A stretch of 50,085 nucleotides of DNA from Candidatus Thorarchaeota archaeon (lineage in GTDB: Archaea; Asgardarchaeota; Thorarchaeia; Thorarchaeales; Thorarchaeaceae), in the NCBI GenBank assembly GCA_048882385.1, contig JBHLRQ010000012.1, positions 1 through 50,085 of the forward strand, in the 5' to 3' direction. Below, in pieces: positions 49,693-50,085 of the stretch. Below the pieces are notes generated by a model, which searched no databases, was not told the DNA's origin, and saw only the letters and a list, made by a program, of their open reading frames with translations. Positions within the stretch are counted from its first letter, which is position 1. The number at the start of each line of letters is the position of its first letter. Position numbers and translations under genes: made by a program.

Positions 49693-49743
49693 TGGAAAGA
49701 GAAAGGATGGAAGGAGGTGCGACTAGCGCCAACCCCCTCATCC
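49693..49743 (-). terminator. Hairpin plus pyrimidine tail after the SSB gene; contains repeat copy 3 (49693-49720)
   Basis: - strand GGATG-AGGGGGT-tg-GCG-ctagt-CGC-ACCTCCT-tc-CATCC followed by TTTCTCTTTCC. Confidence 0.65.
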
Positions 49744-49761
49744 AGAAAAATCTAGATGTGT

Positions 49762-50085
49762 TTAATATCTTGGACGACTACCGTGATCTTCAGCAGACAT
49801 GTCTACTTCTGAATTCACTTCATCAATTGGTTCTTCAGCCTCAGCAATCGAACCGAACTTTCCTAATTGTAGTCTTAGATTGCCTTTGAAGAGACCTGTG
49901 TATCCATTCGAAAGAGTGTAGGATTCGCCTTCCTCAATTGAGTCGATGGTTTCATTCCAGATTGGCATCAGGATAATTCCCGTCGAATCTCCAACTTGAG
50001 CATCTACTACTCGGTATGTTTCACCTGTCTTGCGGGATGCAACCTCACGTTCTTCACTAGTATTCAAAACCTTGAAGGTAATGTT
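49762..50085 (-). CDS. OB-fold single-stranded DNA-binding protein (5' truncated by the window)
   Basis: NITFKVL...VGDSTG.I...IW...GY...FKGNLRL.LGKFG; frame open to the window end. Confidence 0.85.
   Translation of the reverse strand, partial: NITFKVLNTSEEREVASRKTGETYRVVDAQVGDSTGIILMPIWNETIDSIEEGESYTLSNGYTGLFKGNLRLQLGKFGSIAEAEEPIDEVNSEVDMSAEDHGSRPRY

Noticed and set aside
46220-49743. CRISPR array or classical integron attC interpretation of the repeats
   Set aside because: Spacing is 1.6-1.8 kb with whole genes between copies, and there are no cas genes. Copy 2 has AACCAAC...GTTAGAC resembling R''/R' boxes but spans only 31 bp, copy 1 lacks the GTT box, and no integrase is in the window.

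Overview
Archaeal chromosomal window with TATA-type promoters, GGAGG(TG) ribosome-binding sites and tightly overlapping operons. The protein families suggest an Asgard archaeon, possibly Thorarchaeia; this is an inference from family recognition, not a database result. The left 13.6 kb holds an expanded heterodisulfide-reductase-like locus on the - strand: hdrC-hdrB-hdrC-hdrB-hdrL(HdrA/GltD fusion)-mvhD-hdrA core-hdrA (truncated by the window), plus a second stand-alone hdrL. The rest is accessory and metabolic: ArsR-type and TetR regulators with visible palindromic operators, a beta-lactamase-like hydrolase, FKBP, a TPR-nitrilase fusion, GNATs, 4-hydroxybutyryl-CoA dehydratase, a membrane-anchored gingipain (C25), a divergent subtilase, two paralogous TPR proteins, MFS, lipid enzymes, membrane proteins and a partial OB-fold SSB. 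Three notable signals are absent from the ORF track. (i) A tandem pair of homologous 38- and 47-aa hydrophobic peptide genes lies between the gingipain and the duplicated TPR genes, a candidate peptide-signalling system. (ii) A highly structured leader with a uORF precedes an Arg-rich 70-aa protein. (iii) Three direct repeats of a terminator-like element bracket accessory genes downstream of the SSB gene. I found no tRNA, rRNA, CRISPR array, transposase or integrase.
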